64,000 nucleotides of DNA from a virus (Duplodnaviria; Caudoviricetes). Location of the stretch: the IMG/VR virus record IMGVR_UViG_3300012983_000001, positions 64,001-128,000 of that record, one strand, 5' to 3'. This document shows positions 28,196 through 39,012 of the stretch, piece by piece. The first letter of the stretch is position 1; each line of letters starts with the position of its first letter. Below the pieces are notes generated by a model that saw only the letters and a list, made by a program, of their open reading frames with translations, made no database searches and was not told where the DNA came from. The position numbers were made by a program, and so were the translations under genes.

Positions 28196-29341
28196 CTATG
28201 TTCTTGCTACGAATTGAACTGGTTCTGAAACATTACCGTATACATCGAATAAGTAAATGGTAAAAGCATAGATGTGATTAGGTAGGGCTTCCATTTGGAT
28301 TTTAATCTCATCTTGAGTTGAGGCTTCAGAGAAGATACCTGTTCGTTCTTCTAATGGAATACTATATTTGTTAAGGCTGAGTTTTCTATGGTCTTTGGCA
28401 TTATAGTAAATACCATCGCGACGAATGATTTGATACGTATCCGCATCTAAATCTGTTACAGGAATAATTGCTGTTTCATCCGCAGGGTCTGTTTTTCTTA
28501 AGATAAGCATCTTCTCGATGCTGACTGGAAGCAAACTTTGATATGTAGGCTCACTGAAATCACTATACTGTTCGTCGCATACGTTTTGAAGCTTGTAGGA
28601 TTTCATCTCTCTGTAATTATACTGCTTATTGTTACGTTGCCATGGATTAGGTACTTCTAAGAACATGAAGTTATTGACTGGCACGCTTCTGGTCTGGCAG
28701 AAGACATCGTCACTTGTAAAGATAGGAACGGTTTCAATCATTGGGATACCAAAACGTTGCATTGCTGCTGCGTCTGTAATATCACCAATCTTAATTTCTT
28801 CGTTCCAGTCAACGGATGTAACATATGTCCATTTATCTGTTGACTCTCCTGTGTAATCGTCGCAGGAATATAAATGACGTTTGCCTTCAGATTGGAAGTC
28901 AGAGTCAATCATGACACCGTTTACTTTAGATAAGTGCGTAATCAAGTTATTTGCTTCATCTACACCCAGTACAGAATAATAAAGCATAGTGCCATTGTAT
29001 TTAATTGGCAGTTCTTCAAGGACTACTTGATTTACGTATGTGTAGTTATTTACAGGAACTACGTTAACACTTGACTGATATTCAGATGTAGGAACTAAAT
29101 TCCATGGCGGAGCAATTCTTGTAACGCCCGCTTGTGGGGTAGCCTTGTCTGTATCGTACACAATATAGCAAGGTTTACCATCAACATCCTGCGCTACCGC
29201 AACCGCCTCATCAATGATAACTGCTGGCATAAGTACACGTATTTTTTCAATGGTATTGATGCTATCTGGGTTTTTGGAACTATACACATATAATTTGTAT
29301 GAGTCTGACATTTTAGGTATTGTTAATTTGGCACAGTACAT
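28196..29341 (-). CDS. Hypothetical virion protein (FN3-like C-terminus)
   Basis: C-terminal YAFTIYLFDVYGNVSEP. Confidence 0.55.
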   Translation of the reverse strand: MYCAKLTIPKMSDSYKLYVYSSKNPDSINTIEKIRVLMPAVIIDEAVAVAQDVDGKPCYIVYDTDKATPQAGVTRIAPPWNLVPTSEYQSSVNVVPVNNYTYVNQVVLEELPIKYNGTMLYYSVLGVDEANNLITHLSKVNGVMIDSDFQSEGKRHLYSCDDYTGESTDKWTYVTSVDWNEEIKIGDITDAAAMQRFGIPMIETVPIFTSDDVFCQTRSVPVNNFMFLEVPNPWQRNNKQYNYREMKSYKLQNVCDEQYSDFSEPTYQSLLPVSIEKMLILRKTDPADETAIIPVTDLDADTYQIIRRDGIYYNAKDHRKLSLNKYSIPLEERTGIFSEASTQDEIKIQMEALPNHIYAFTIYLFDVYGNVSEPVQFVART

Positions 29342-29363
29342 AGATATCCACCTTTCTAATATA

Positions 29364-29388
29364 ATAGGCTGGATTACCTCCAGCCTAT
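29364..29388 (-). terminator. Perfect 10-bp hairpin (terminator or processing/stability element)
   Basis: ATAGGCTGGA-5 nt loop-TCCAGCCTAT in the only sizeable intergenic gap of the structural block; U-tail is weak. Confidence 0.5.
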
Positions 29389-29411
29389 CGTGTAATCCTT
29401 ATTAAATTATA

Positions 29412-32400
29412 TTATGAAATCTCAATACATTCAAGCAATATTTCTGGAGTTTCGTTAGTTACATTCGTATAAGAGTCTTCAACTACTAAATTATACTGTG
29501 GCATATCTCTCTTCGAATAGCTATCGACGTACTCTATAATCGGATATACGCCAAATCCTAACCATCTCTTTACTTTGGTTTCGATATCACCATGAGTAAA
29601 TCGTCCACCAAATTCTTTAAGCAGACAATTATCTAGTCGTATAATGATTACACCATTTTCTTGATATGGCTCACCATCGTAATAACCGATATCTAAATAA
29701 TAATCTGACTCAGGTTCTAATTGCTTGCGCAGGGAGTCTTTCATTGTTTCGAGCACGCCACCGCCTCGTGTTCTGGAGTCCACCAGGATTGTAGAGTGCA
29801 ACGAAGTATTTTGTCTGATATACACTGAACCGATATAGATATCATGGTCAGCGTCTGGCTGATTGTCATCTATCTTATGATACAGCGTTTCTTTGTTATG
29901 TAGAACAACAGTACCGATATCCTCGTCGTTCTCTAAATCGTAAATCAAACTATCGTTGCTGGCATCTACTTCATATGCAACAGTAGGCTTCATGAAGAAA
30001 TATATAACCTTGTTAAACAGGTTCTTACTTGCTTTTGTTTCAGCAGGAGTATAAGTAGGGTCTGAATAAGTATGATACTGATTTGGGTTCAAGTCTATTC
30101 TAACAAAGTCATTTTTGTTACGCCAATAACCTCTGTAAACATAGCTTTCTTCGATATAAGTATAATTACAGATGATGTTGTCATTTTCGCTTACCGTTTC
30201 TTCTGTGATGATAATACCGTCAGAATATGAAATATCTTTAATGTGTATCTCAAACAACTCATTATCCAGTTTTTTAAACAGGCTTATTGTCGTTTTTGTT
30301 TCGTGGATAAATAACGGAAAGCATTGAGTCTTAACCATGTGTGAGTTCAATATCAATACTTTTTCTTCGGTAACATCAACATATGGCTTGCCATACTCTT
30401 GAGAATAGTGTTGCATGTCGTACTCTGGCATTGTATAACACACTTTGAGATGAGAGCCATACTGGTCAAGTATCTGACTGTAATGTCCGAACTGAATACG
30501 CGGATACCATGATTGTAACAACCCATCTTCTCGTGGAGACTGTACTTTGATATATCTGGAGTCTACACACTTAACCTTAAATCCTGGGTAGATATATCCA
30601 TTCTCAATGTAATATGGATTTTGCATGTAAAGTTTTTTCGTATATGAGCCTTGACGTTCATCCCAGAAGCCAGTGTCAATTGTTGTTTCAGCAGTAATAG
30701 TACCGCTTCCGTCTGCGTTACATCTGATATTGACCGCTCCCCTATTTTCATTTGCAATCTCTGTAATGGTTGCATAGAAGATAAATCCTGTATCTTTGGA
30801 TGTAATTACGGTTTCTGCACGGTTAGCTGCTTGGTCATGCAACACCAAATCAAATGGTGACAAATACACTCCATTAAGCATTGGAGAGATAATCATTGCC
30901 CTGCCATCGAATTGTTTGTATTCCATTGGAACTACATAGTCACGATTTAAGATACTCACCATTCGTGGTGTGGTGGTAAATATCTTACCGTCTTCTTTGC
31001 GTTCCGCTGTAATCGTATAGGAGAAGGTTACGTAGTGACGTGTATCTTCAATACGTCTTGGTTCTGGTAATTTAATTTTGTTTATTCTGGCACGGGTATC
31101 AACAGACTCTAACATGAAATCTCTATCCTTGAGCATAAATGGATAGTTGTAAATTTCTTCAGTTACACCGTTATCCAATGCAACGTTATCTGTTTCAGAA
31201 TCGTTATATGCATTATAGATAACTTTATAGGTATCAGAAGAGCTGGACACATATGATGTAAATAACTCAGCGATATATCTTTTTGGCACTTTCTTGGATG
31301 TCAGCTGGAAGTCATTTGTGATATCCATTATATCTTCGTATTCTGCTACCTTAAGTCTCATGTTATGTTTATAACCTGTCGGGACATCTTTAAATCCAGA
31401 GGTTACAATCTTAACCGTATCGCCTTCGTAAAATCCATTGTCATCTGGACCTCTGTAATCATAAATCGGAAGCTTTAACGGATATTTATAGAAACATGCG
31501 ACGCCGTCTTTAAAGACGTCTGTTAAATAAATATAGTCTGCTTCGACTCGATAGAAGTTCTTAATGGATGTTTCTCCATTCTCGTCAGTAACTTCTGTTG
31601 GTCGTCTTAAGTATCCTTCGTCGTCAGAGAACATAAGGATTTCGTTATTGCCATCTGGATTAACATTGCCAACGCTATTGCCCTTAGTGACAGCGCCTCG
31701 ATAATAAGCAACTCCGTCGTAATCATACCAGACTTTGCGAACGATACCTGTATAATTACAGGTTGCTCTGTATTCAGCAGGAGTTTCTTTAATCGTAGTC
31801 ACAGTCTTTTTTAAGGTACCAGTATACGTAACAGTGATGTTGTATTGATAATTACTATTTACAGCGGCTGCACTTGAAGTAGTATATTTATACTTTACTT
31901 CGAACCATGCATTAGCATTTGCCTCTGAACTTTCTGGAACGATATTTAACTTATCCATAACGATTGCAATATCCTGGTTTTCTTCCATTGCTGCCTTAAG
32001 AACACCAAAGAATGTTGCACTTTGATTTTCACAGTACTTTTCTGCCATAGCTAAGAACTCTTCGATTTCAGTATAGTCGTAAGTATCGTCGGTTGTACTG
32101 CGGTGTGCTTCGTATACTGTGCCGAAGATTTCAAAAGCTTTTTCTTGAGTCATCTCGGACAACGGACCCTTTTCGGCTTTATTAGTGAAGATACTGGAAA
32201 TCGTATAGTCATTGATTTCACCACTGGAAGTAGTACTTTGGAATACTGGTTCGTATCTGATATCTTTGAATTGCAGGACACCAATGGCTTCGTCATATGG
32301 ATTTCTCATAGAGCTAACAAATTGTTGTATATTACGACTACCGCCAGACGCTTCCAGAGTTGCATCGACTAATATATGTTTAGGCCAGAAGCTATCGTCG

Positions 32401-32996
32401 TCTGCCGTTGGAGCCATCATCCAATCGTCAATCATGTTAGGTTGTACATAACGACCAAAGATTTCATAGTAATTTAATTCGTGCTCTAGTACTTCACGGT
32501 CCAGTACTTCGATTGTGCTTTCATCTTTGGTTTTAGTTACTACGTAATCTACTGCGTCTAAGTACAGGTTACCAACATATCCTGTGCCGTCTGTGTATTC
32601 AATCATCTTTGGAACTTCTGCTTTGTCGATAACCAAAACGTCTTTAGTGTCTTGAACATTTTTTATTTCGACATGCGCTTCTGGATACCAGTTAACGTAC
32701 ATACGACCTAACTGTCCCTTGTATCCTTCTTCGTCTTCGTATAAAACAGACCCAGGAAACAAGTCATCGTCGTTGATTGCTTGATTGAACAAATATCTGT
32801 ATGTTTCTTCTACACGATGGTCAATCGTGTTTCTTGGAGCTTCGGACGTTAAAACTTTCTCTGCGTCTGTTGCGGTTGGATTATAATAATACGCCAAATT
32901 AACGGCGTTCTTCGGAACGCACTTGCCTATCCGAAGGGTTGGTTCCTTCGGATGGCCTGTAACGTTATTTCTAAAAGCTCTTGTTGCTTTAAACAT
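29412..32996 (-). CDS. Large virion (baseplate-associated) protein
   Basis: 1194 aa, beta-rich and acidic; C-terminal DSRTRGGG...YLDIGYYDGEPY...VIIIRL; structural cluster. Confidence 0.6.
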   Translation of the reverse strand: MFKATRAFRNNVTGHPKEPTLRIGKCVPKNAVNLAYYYNPTATDAEKVLTSEAPRNTIDHRVEETYRYLFNQAINDDDLFPGSVLYEDEEGYKGQLGRMYVNWYPEAHVEIKNVQDTKDVLVIDKAEVPKMIEYTDGTGYVGNLYLDAVDYVVTKTKDESTIEVLDREVLEHELNYYEIFGRYVQPNMIDDWMMAPTADDDSFWPKHILVDATLEASGGSRNIQQFVSSMRNPYDEAIGVLQFKDIRYEPVFQSTTSSGEINDYTISSIFTNKAEKGPLSEMTQEKAFEIFGTVYEAHRSTTDDTYDYTEIEEFLAMAEKYCENQSATFFGVLKAAMEENQDIAIVMDKLNIVPESSEANANAWFEVKYKYTTSSAAAVNSNYQYNITVTYTGTLKKTVTTIKETPAEYRATCNYTGIVRKVWYDYDGVAYYRGAVTKGNSVGNVNPDGNNEILMFSDDEGYLRRPTEVTDENGETSIKNFYRVEADYIYLTDVFKDGVACFYKYPLKLPIYDYRGPDDNGFYEGDTVKIVTSGFKDVPTGYKHNMRLKVAEYEDIMDITNDFQLTSKKVPKRYIAELFTSYVSSSSDTYKVIYNAYNDSETDNVALDNGVTEEIYNYPFMLKDRDFMLESVDTRARINKIKLPEPRRIEDTRHYVTFSYTITAERKEDGKIFTTTPRMVSILNRDYVVPMEYKQFDGRAMIISPMLNGVYLSPFDLVLHDQAANRAETVITSKDTGFIFYATITEIANENRGAVNIRCNADGSGTITAETTIDTGFWDERQGSYTKKLYMQNPYYIENGYIYPGFKVKCVDSRYIKVQSPREDGLLQSWYPRIQFGHYSQILDQYGSHLKVCYTMPEYDMQHYSQEYGKPYVDVTEEKVLILNSHMVKTQCFPLFIHETKTTISLFKKLDNELFEIHIKDISYSDGIIITEETVSENDNIICNYTYIEESYVYRGYWRNKNDFVRIDLNPNQYHTYSDPTYTPAETKASKNLFNKVIYFFMKPTVAYEVDASNDSLIYDLENDEDIGTVVLHNKETLYHKIDDNQPDADHDIYIGSVYIRQNTSLHSTILVDSRTRGGGVLETMKDSLRKQLEPESDYYLDIGYYDGEPYQENGVIIIRLDNCLLKEFGGRFTHGDIETKVKRWLGFGVYPIIEYVDSYSKRDMPQYNLVVEDSYTNVTNETPEILLECIEIS

Positions 32997-33007
32997 GTTT
33001 ACACCAC

Positions 33008-36000
33008 CTATTCATTAATAATAGAAATGGACTGTTCGATAACTTTCTTGTCATCAGTCAATACTCGTGCTGTTAATTTATCGGTACACTTAATATATGC
33101 AGACTCATATACCAAATGTACAACGCCATTGATATCCGTTTCATAACTGTCACAAGTAAGTATACCATATTCACAGTCTATAGCAACATCTTTTGATACA
33201 ACAGGATTACCGTGTACATCAAGTACTTCGATTGCCACGTCAGTACTGTCATATCCTCCAGCTCGCAATCTTAATGGATTACAATGGATAATAATCTCGT
33301 ATGGTTCTGTGTGTTCGTCAGTCAGGTAAATGAAGCCTTTATAATCCGTTCTGTAAATCGGATTGAGGCTTAAATCTTGTGCAATAAACTTGTTGTTCAT
33401 TGTACTGGTCTCAAAGAATACCTTACATTTCTCTGGCACAGGAATGCCTTCACCTGGATGCAGGTAAATCGTTGTAGTATTATTTGGTCTGTCTATTACT
33501 GCAATAAAGCTGCGTACCAGACAGTATTCTACTTTAACGATATGACCTGGTTCGATGAAATCATTGAAGATAACTAAGTGATTAACTACTCTGTAGTAGT
33601 CTGTGTCTAATTCTTCGTCGTCAATGTATACCTTAAAGCGTGTATCATAACGATTGGTTTTTAATTCAAGATACTTAGTTAATTCTTCAATCGGATAACT
33701 ATCTTCCTGCACAAATGAAGTAGTATCGTGTAATTCAATATAAGAGTTACCCTCGGTATCTTCGACTGTGATTGGGCAGAATTGCTGAGGAGTACCGATG
33801 ATATTGATAACATCAAACTCACCAGTTATATCTGGCTCAACAAAGATATAAGGCGTATTCTTAATTACAATACTTACATCAACACTGGATTTTGCATTTA
33901 CAGGAGTAGATAAGTACGATACAGGATAACGTCCATTAAGACCAGCATTATAATCAATAGTAATGTCATCACTAGTACAGCGTATCTTTACGTATTCGAT
34001 TTCCTGTTCAGTGTATCCTTTATCCAGTACATCGGAACCGATTACATCAATAACTCTTTCGAATATTGTATGTGGGTTACCGTCTCGCGGAATAGTAAAT
34101 GCTTCTGTATTGATGAAGTTTGTTACTACATCGTAAGCCTTGAATTCACCTGTCATAGAAATGCCAGTTATATAAGGTAATAACTCTTTGGTTTGTAATG
34201 TCTGTGTCTTTTTGTGTAACCAGTATACCTTTTCACCATAAGGAATAACTATCTTATATCTGAAATATCTACCAGTAAATTCTTTACTTGGAGTTTCTGT
34301 AATGTCTGTCCATTTGATATTCTCAAGCAACAGATTATCGGCAGTATTCGAAGAATATCCGATATACAGACGAGCTCCTTGAGTATACTTTGTATCAAAC
34401 AAGTCAAGCGCTAATGTAGTTTCACAACCATAATCTATAACTTTAGACACATAGATGCCGTCACCTTTTTCTGGCCCTGCTATCATGTGGTCTGTAATGG
34501 TAACGATATTGATTGTGTTGGACTCATCCATATCGTCTTTCCAGTCCAGGTAACAACACATATAATCCTCTAAGAACATTTCATTCTGTTGTACCGACGC
34601 CTGTAAGATAAATTTTACTTGATAAGCACAACTTAATGGGACGTCTGGAATGGTATTGTTACTAAATGGAGTCCAATCGGACCACTTACCTTCTGCGGTA
34701 ACATAACTACGTACTTCCATTACCAATGAAGACACTCCATCTTCGAAGTAATAATCAACGTTCAATCGTCCTGCATCTGTTAATGTATTCGGGAACAGGA
34801 TAATTGGTGAGTAATATGTATGAGCTAAATATTCACGATAATATACGCCTTCGATGTGTGGTCGAATTGTTAATCCCTTATCGTCTATCCATTGGAATTT
34901 GGTTTCGTCTTGCAGTAATTCAGAGCGAGTATCTTTTGTAATAGAATAGGACTCTTCTTTGGCGGCCTTATGTCGCAGCTGCACATCAAAAGTTACATAA
35001 CCGTTAATGGTTTTGTAATTAGACTCTTCGTAAGTATCGAAGTTTGCTTGAACATCGAATTCACTATAAGCAAAATATTCGTGCTGGTTAAGATAGTAAT
35101 AACCGTTGTGAATACGTGGAGCCCATTGAGATGTTGCATTAACCACGCCCTTGAATGCTACACCAACTGTGGCAACGCCATCTTCGTTAAAAGTAATTTC
35201 TGTAGGATATCGCATCGCTAATACGTCTGCATTATCGGTGCTAACTTTGAGATAATAATTCTTATAGCGATTAACAGTAGACGGCATTGGTAATTCGTAT
35301 ATTTTTTCTGTGGTCTTATTATCTATTACTTCTTGATGCTCTACGTTAATGGTAGAAATCATGTCATGATACTCAACATCTTTATAGGTTAAGCTATCTG
35401 AGCTAAAGGTTACGTAATCTCCGTTAACCTGTGTAATACCGTCCTTATTGTTCCAAGGATTTTCCCACTTATAAGACACCAGTGCTGTATCTGGATAGAA
35501 TTCTGTAATCATGATGTAAATCTTAATGGTATCTTTATGGATTGTTGTTGGTATATTAAATTGTGGAGTATCTACGACAAGGTCATATCTGCCATCCTGA
35601 TTATCAGAACGATATCTGCCATTTACCATGCCATAAAATGTATTCATACCACGACCAGGTAATTCGTCATAGTATTCTTGACGCTTTTTCATAGGTTTTG
35701 CCATGAACCAAAGATAATCGTCAATATACCAACAGTTATCTGAACCGTGTTTCCATTGCATTTGAGTCCACTGATACAGGTTCTCTGTTAATGGCATATG
35801 CGCAGAACTTGTGGTTGCTAATGGGTCATCACCAAATATTTCAACATAGTTGTTCTTGTTAGTGATATAAACGTTCTTTGCATAGTACACACGCAGGAAC
35901 ACGATATTCGGATAATTACTGTTTGGATTGCATGTTGGCAATATCTCTTTGATAGGCGTTTTGGCATCAGGGTCTTCTAAGTTAAATCTGTAATTTAACA

Positions 36001-38680
36001 CAGGAGACTGATAATGTTCATCAATTGTAGCAATTAAGTCTTGTGTAATACCTTGTAAAATAACTTCATCGCCTTCTTTTGCTAAGCCAGAGTATCCCAC
36101 AAGCTCAATATCTTCGCCTTTTTCAATGAGCTTAATCATAGATGTTACTTTATCGGCTCTTCCTGTATATCTGCTATTTCGGTTTTTACGATTGCGCATT
36201 ACATCTCTGTATCCGCCAGATGCGCTTAATAAGATAACTGATGGTTGATTATATGCATTAAGTTCAGTTGTAACAAAATCCGTACCATCATATATAATAC
36301 CATCGGTATAACCGTCGATATAAACATAATTATCTCGTGAAACAAGATAGCAGTCGTCACCATAAGGATTGGTACCAACAGTATCAAGGTCTGTATAAAC
36401 ATTGACAGAACCATTTAAACCGTCTTCAAGGTCAGACTCATCAAAGTATCTACTAGTCATTACGTCTTCATCAGCATAATGATATGTATCTTTGATGTGC
36501 AGGTTTTGAATCAGATAATCACCATCTTCTGTAGTAATCGGTTGATTGTATCCTGCTTGCCACTCTGGACTATTCTGAGCAGCTTCCAAGAGTAAATCAT
36601 ATACACTAACATCAGACATAAGTTGTGTATGTGCTGGAATAATATCTTGTTTGTTTATAACGGCACGTTTTTCTTTTTGACTGAAGTATACGTCTGTAAC
36701 ATTTTCGCTAAATGTGAATGGACCAATAAGGTCTGTTTCAATTAAAACTGCCTTAACCGAATCCAGACTATAAGGCTGTTCTATGGTAACGACCTCAGAT
36801 TCGTGACCAGTCATGACATCTTCACCAGGGACCGTTCTAGTGAATTGTTTGATGTAATCTAAGAAAACCTTTTCAATTTCTTCTTTATCATTCCAGGTTA
36901 ATATTCCACCTTCAGATGCTACAGCTTCTTGACACGCAGCAATGTATTCTGCGTGATAACCAGATGGACCACCACTAGTGGAACGGTCTAAATAGTCTCC
37001 GCCACCATAATTAGAAATCAAACACGCAACTTTTTCACATATAGCAGGGTCTTTTAATGCGTTAGCATAGATTTTTAAGTCCTCTAAAAGACCTTGTTCA
37101 TTCCAGTACCAATTTGCCCCAGGGATTGGGTCTGTACCAGGCCATGGTTGGTTCCATCCGTTGTTGTTAATACCATCAAATTTATGATTAGGAAAACCGT
37201 CTGAGAAAAAGTATGTAACAAATTTACCTTCTTCATCGGAATTAACAATCGCTTGCTTTGCAGCATGTAATGCTCTACTCCAGTTTGTACTACCGCCATT
37301 AATATTCATTGCCTCTACAAGCGCTTTGGCTTTTTCTGCTGTGACAAACGATTGGCCATGTTCCCGAAAACAAAGGTCTGTTGCTTCTGCTGCAAATTCG
37401 ATAATACAATATTTTACTTGAGTGTCTCCTCTGTGTTCTTCTATTCTATCTATACAAGCATACACTGCATCTTTCATTACTTGTCTACCATCACCAAATG
37501 GCAGAGTGCGTAAAGAATTTGTTTTATCAAGCACAAAAACAACATTCAATGGATTACCATAGAATTCTTCAATGTCTTCACCCTTTTCCCATACTTCTTT
37601 CTGAGTGGTAATCTCAATAGTTTCTGTTTCTTCGATTTCTTTACGAAGGAAGATAGTAGCATACAACTTAGCATATACATCTACTGGTTGGGTACCATAC
37701 ATGTATTGACTAACTGTAATTTCTTCTCGCGGATACGCATCTACGCTAAAAGTAACTTCGCCTTCTTGGTCTTCTACTGTTTCTTCTGCTTCCAGACAGA
37801 TTTTATAGTTAAAGCCGACTTGGTCATAACGTTTTTCTCTTTCAACACGTCGGCCTGTGATTTCAAAATAGGTTTTAAACTTCTGATAGAAGTTAGCATC
37901 CATTTGCTTATAAACCTTCAGGTCGTTGCCGTCACCAATGCCAGAATGGAATGCTGGCAGGTTCTCTTCAATGATTTCTCTTTCAGTATCATCTGTAGTG
38001 AAATCATAGTTCTTTGGAGTATTATATTCTTCAAGAGAAACAGATGTGTTGACAGTTTCAGTCATGACTGTGACGCTTGCAGAAGGAGTGGATGTCTGTT
38101 CATCTGTATAGTTAATCAACCGTCTGGTATAAGGCGTGTTTGGCTCCAGCCCTGTTTCTGTATATGAAGTAGCACCGATAGGAAGCTGAGCAATGATTTT
38201 GCTCTGGTCCGCTTCGTTATATGGGTCGATAGCTTCTTCAATCAAATAATGAGCGTACTGCTCGTCCTCAGGCCATGACCAGATAATAGTTGTACTATCA
38301 TAGGCAACGCCAACTAAAGTAGGAGACTGTAACGCATCATGTTTTGGGTATACATAACATTTGATAATAGGCTTTAATGAGAAAGAATTATCGTCACCTT
38401 CGGATTCAAAGAACACATCGGTTCTATCTGTTAGTGAGACAATTTCAAACTCATCTACTTCGACAGAAGACTTATCAATGCCTAATGCAGTACAATAGGC
38501 ATTGACTTCATCTTCGAACATGTCAAGAATGTACACGCCTTTAGACAGAACATGATAATTATTATACAGTAAAGCATCAGTTGCTGGTGACACTTCTGCT
38601 TCAAATGTTTTATTGAATTTACTTGTGCTATCATCTGTTAAGTTAACGATAGTAACAACGATGTTATACTGAATTATCAT
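33008..38680 (-). CDS. Large virion protein with FN3, von Willebrand A and C-terminal Ig-like domains
   Basis: FN3 IIWSW...TSYTETGLEPNTPY; vWA VVFVLDKTNS...GGSTNWSRAL...FFSDGFPN; Big-1-like VLDVHGNPV...TDINGVV. Confidence 0.75.
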   Translation of the reverse strand: MIIQYNIVVTIVNLTDDSTSKFNKTFEAEVSPATDALLYNNYHVLSKGVYILDMFEDEVNAYCTALGIDKSSVEVDEFEIVSLTDRTDVFFESEGDDNSFSLKPIIKCYVYPKHDALQSPTLVGVAYDSTTIIWSWPEDEQYAHYLIEEAIDPYNEADQSKIIAQLPIGATSYTETGLEPNTPYTRRLINYTDEQTSTPSASVTVMTETVNTSVSLEEYNTPKNYDFTTDDTEREIIEENLPAFHSGIGDGNDLKVYKQMDANFYQKFKTYFEITGRRVEREKRYDQVGFNYKICLEAEETVEDQEGEVTFSVDAYPREEITVSQYMYGTQPVDVYAKLYATIFLRKEIEETETIEITTQKEVWEKGEDIEEFYGNPLNVVFVLDKTNSLRTLPFGDGRQVMKDAVYACIDRIEEHRGDTQVKYCIIEFAAEATDLCFREHGQSFVTAEKAKALVEAMNINGGSTNWSRALHAAKQAIVNSDEEGKFVTYFFSDGFPNHKFDGINNNGWNQPWPGTDPIPGANWYWNEQGLLEDLKIYANALKDPAICEKVACLISNYGGGDYLDRSTSGGPSGYHAEYIAACQEAVASEGGILTWNDKEEIEKVFLDYIKQFTRTVPGEDVMTGHESEVVTIEQPYSLDSVKAVLIETDLIGPFTFSENVTDVYFSQKEKRAVINKQDIIPAHTQLMSDVSVYDLLLEAAQNSPEWQAGYNQPITTEDGDYLIQNLHIKDTYHYADEDVMTSRYFDESDLEDGLNGSVNVYTDLDTVGTNPYGDDCYLVSRDNYVYIDGYTDGIIYDGTDFVTTELNAYNQPSVILLSASGGYRDVMRNRKNRNSRYTGRADKVTSMIKLIEKGEDIELVGYSGLAKEGDEVILQGITQDLIATIDEHYQSPVLNYRFNLEDPDAKTPIKEILPTCNPNSNYPNIVFLRVYYAKNVYITNKNNYVEIFGDDPLATTSSAHMPLTENLYQWTQMQWKHGSDNCWYIDDYLWFMAKPMKKRQEYYDELPGRGMNTFYGMVNGRYRSDNQDGRYDLVVDTPQFNIPTTIHKDTIKIYIMITEFYPDTALVSYKWENPWNNKDGITQVNGDYVTFSSDSLTYKDVEYHDMISTINVEHQEVIDNKTTEKIYELPMPSTVNRYKNYYLKVSTDNADVLAMRYPTEITFNEDGVATVGVAFKGVVNATSQWAPRIHNGYYYLNQHEYFAYSEFDVQANFDTYEESNYKTINGYVTFDVQLRHKAAKEESYSITKDTRSELLQDETKFQWIDDKGLTIRPHIEGVYYREYLAHTYYSPIILFPNTLTDAGRLNVDYYFEDGVSSLVMEVRSYVTAEGKWSDWTPFSNNTIPDVPLSCAYQVKFILQASVQQNEMFLEDYMCCYLDWKDDMDESNTINIVTITDHMIAGPEKGDGIYVSKVIDYGCETTLALDLFDTKYTQGARLYIGYSSNTADNLLLENIKWTDITETPSKEFTGRYFRYKIVIPYGEKVYWLHKKTQTLQTKELLPYITGISMTGEFKAYDVVTNFINTEAFTIPRDGNPHTIFERVIDVIGSDVLDKGYTEQEIEYVKIRCTSDDITIDYNAGLNGRYPVSYLSTPVNAKSSVDVSIVIKNTPYIFVEPDITGEFDVINIIGTPQQFCPITVEDTEGNSYIELHDTTSFVQEDSYPIEELTKYLELKTNRYDTRFKVYIDDEELDTDYYRVVNHLVIFNDFIEPGHIVKVEYCLVRSFIAVIDRPNNTTTIYLHPGEGIPVPEKCKVFFETSTMNNKFIAQDLSLNPIYRTDYKGFIYLTDEHTEPYEIIIHCNPLRLRAGGYDSTDVAIEVLDVHGNPVVSKDVAIDCEYGILTCDSYETDINGVVHLVYESAYIKCTDKLTARVLTDDKKVIEQSISIINE

Positions 38681-38694
38681 TTTCTATCCCACCT

Positions 38695-39012
38695 TTAATT
38701 TACTGCGTAATTGCCATTTGTAGTAATGTAGTAACCGTTAGACAACTTATAGAACTTGCCAAATATAACGGTGTCGATTTCCTGTACGATTTCATAAGCA
38801 ACGCCGATAGGCATCTTGCCAACGATATACTTGGTTTCCATAGTCGGCATACTTCTAAAGGATGCGGCGCTTTTTGCAATAACAGTACGACGCTTAATTG
38901 GTTCTGGTTTTGCCTCGGTAACTTTTACTAGTTCAGGAGTTACGCCCTCTACCTTTACAGGAGCTACCACTTCCTCAAGATTAGTTGTTGTGGATGTTTG
39001 TTTCTTCGCCAT
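38695..39012 (-). CDS. Small protein with an SH3b-like C-terminal domain
   Basis: SFRSMPT...IVGKMP.G..YEIV...FYKLSNGYYIT; start ATG 39012 after GAGGAGG. Confidence 0.5.
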   Translation of the reverse strand: MAKKQTSTTTNLEEVVAPVKVEGVTPELVKVTEAKPEPIKRRTVIAKSAASFRSMPTMETKYIVGKMPIGVAYEIVQEIDTVIFGKFYKLSNGYYITTNGNYAVN

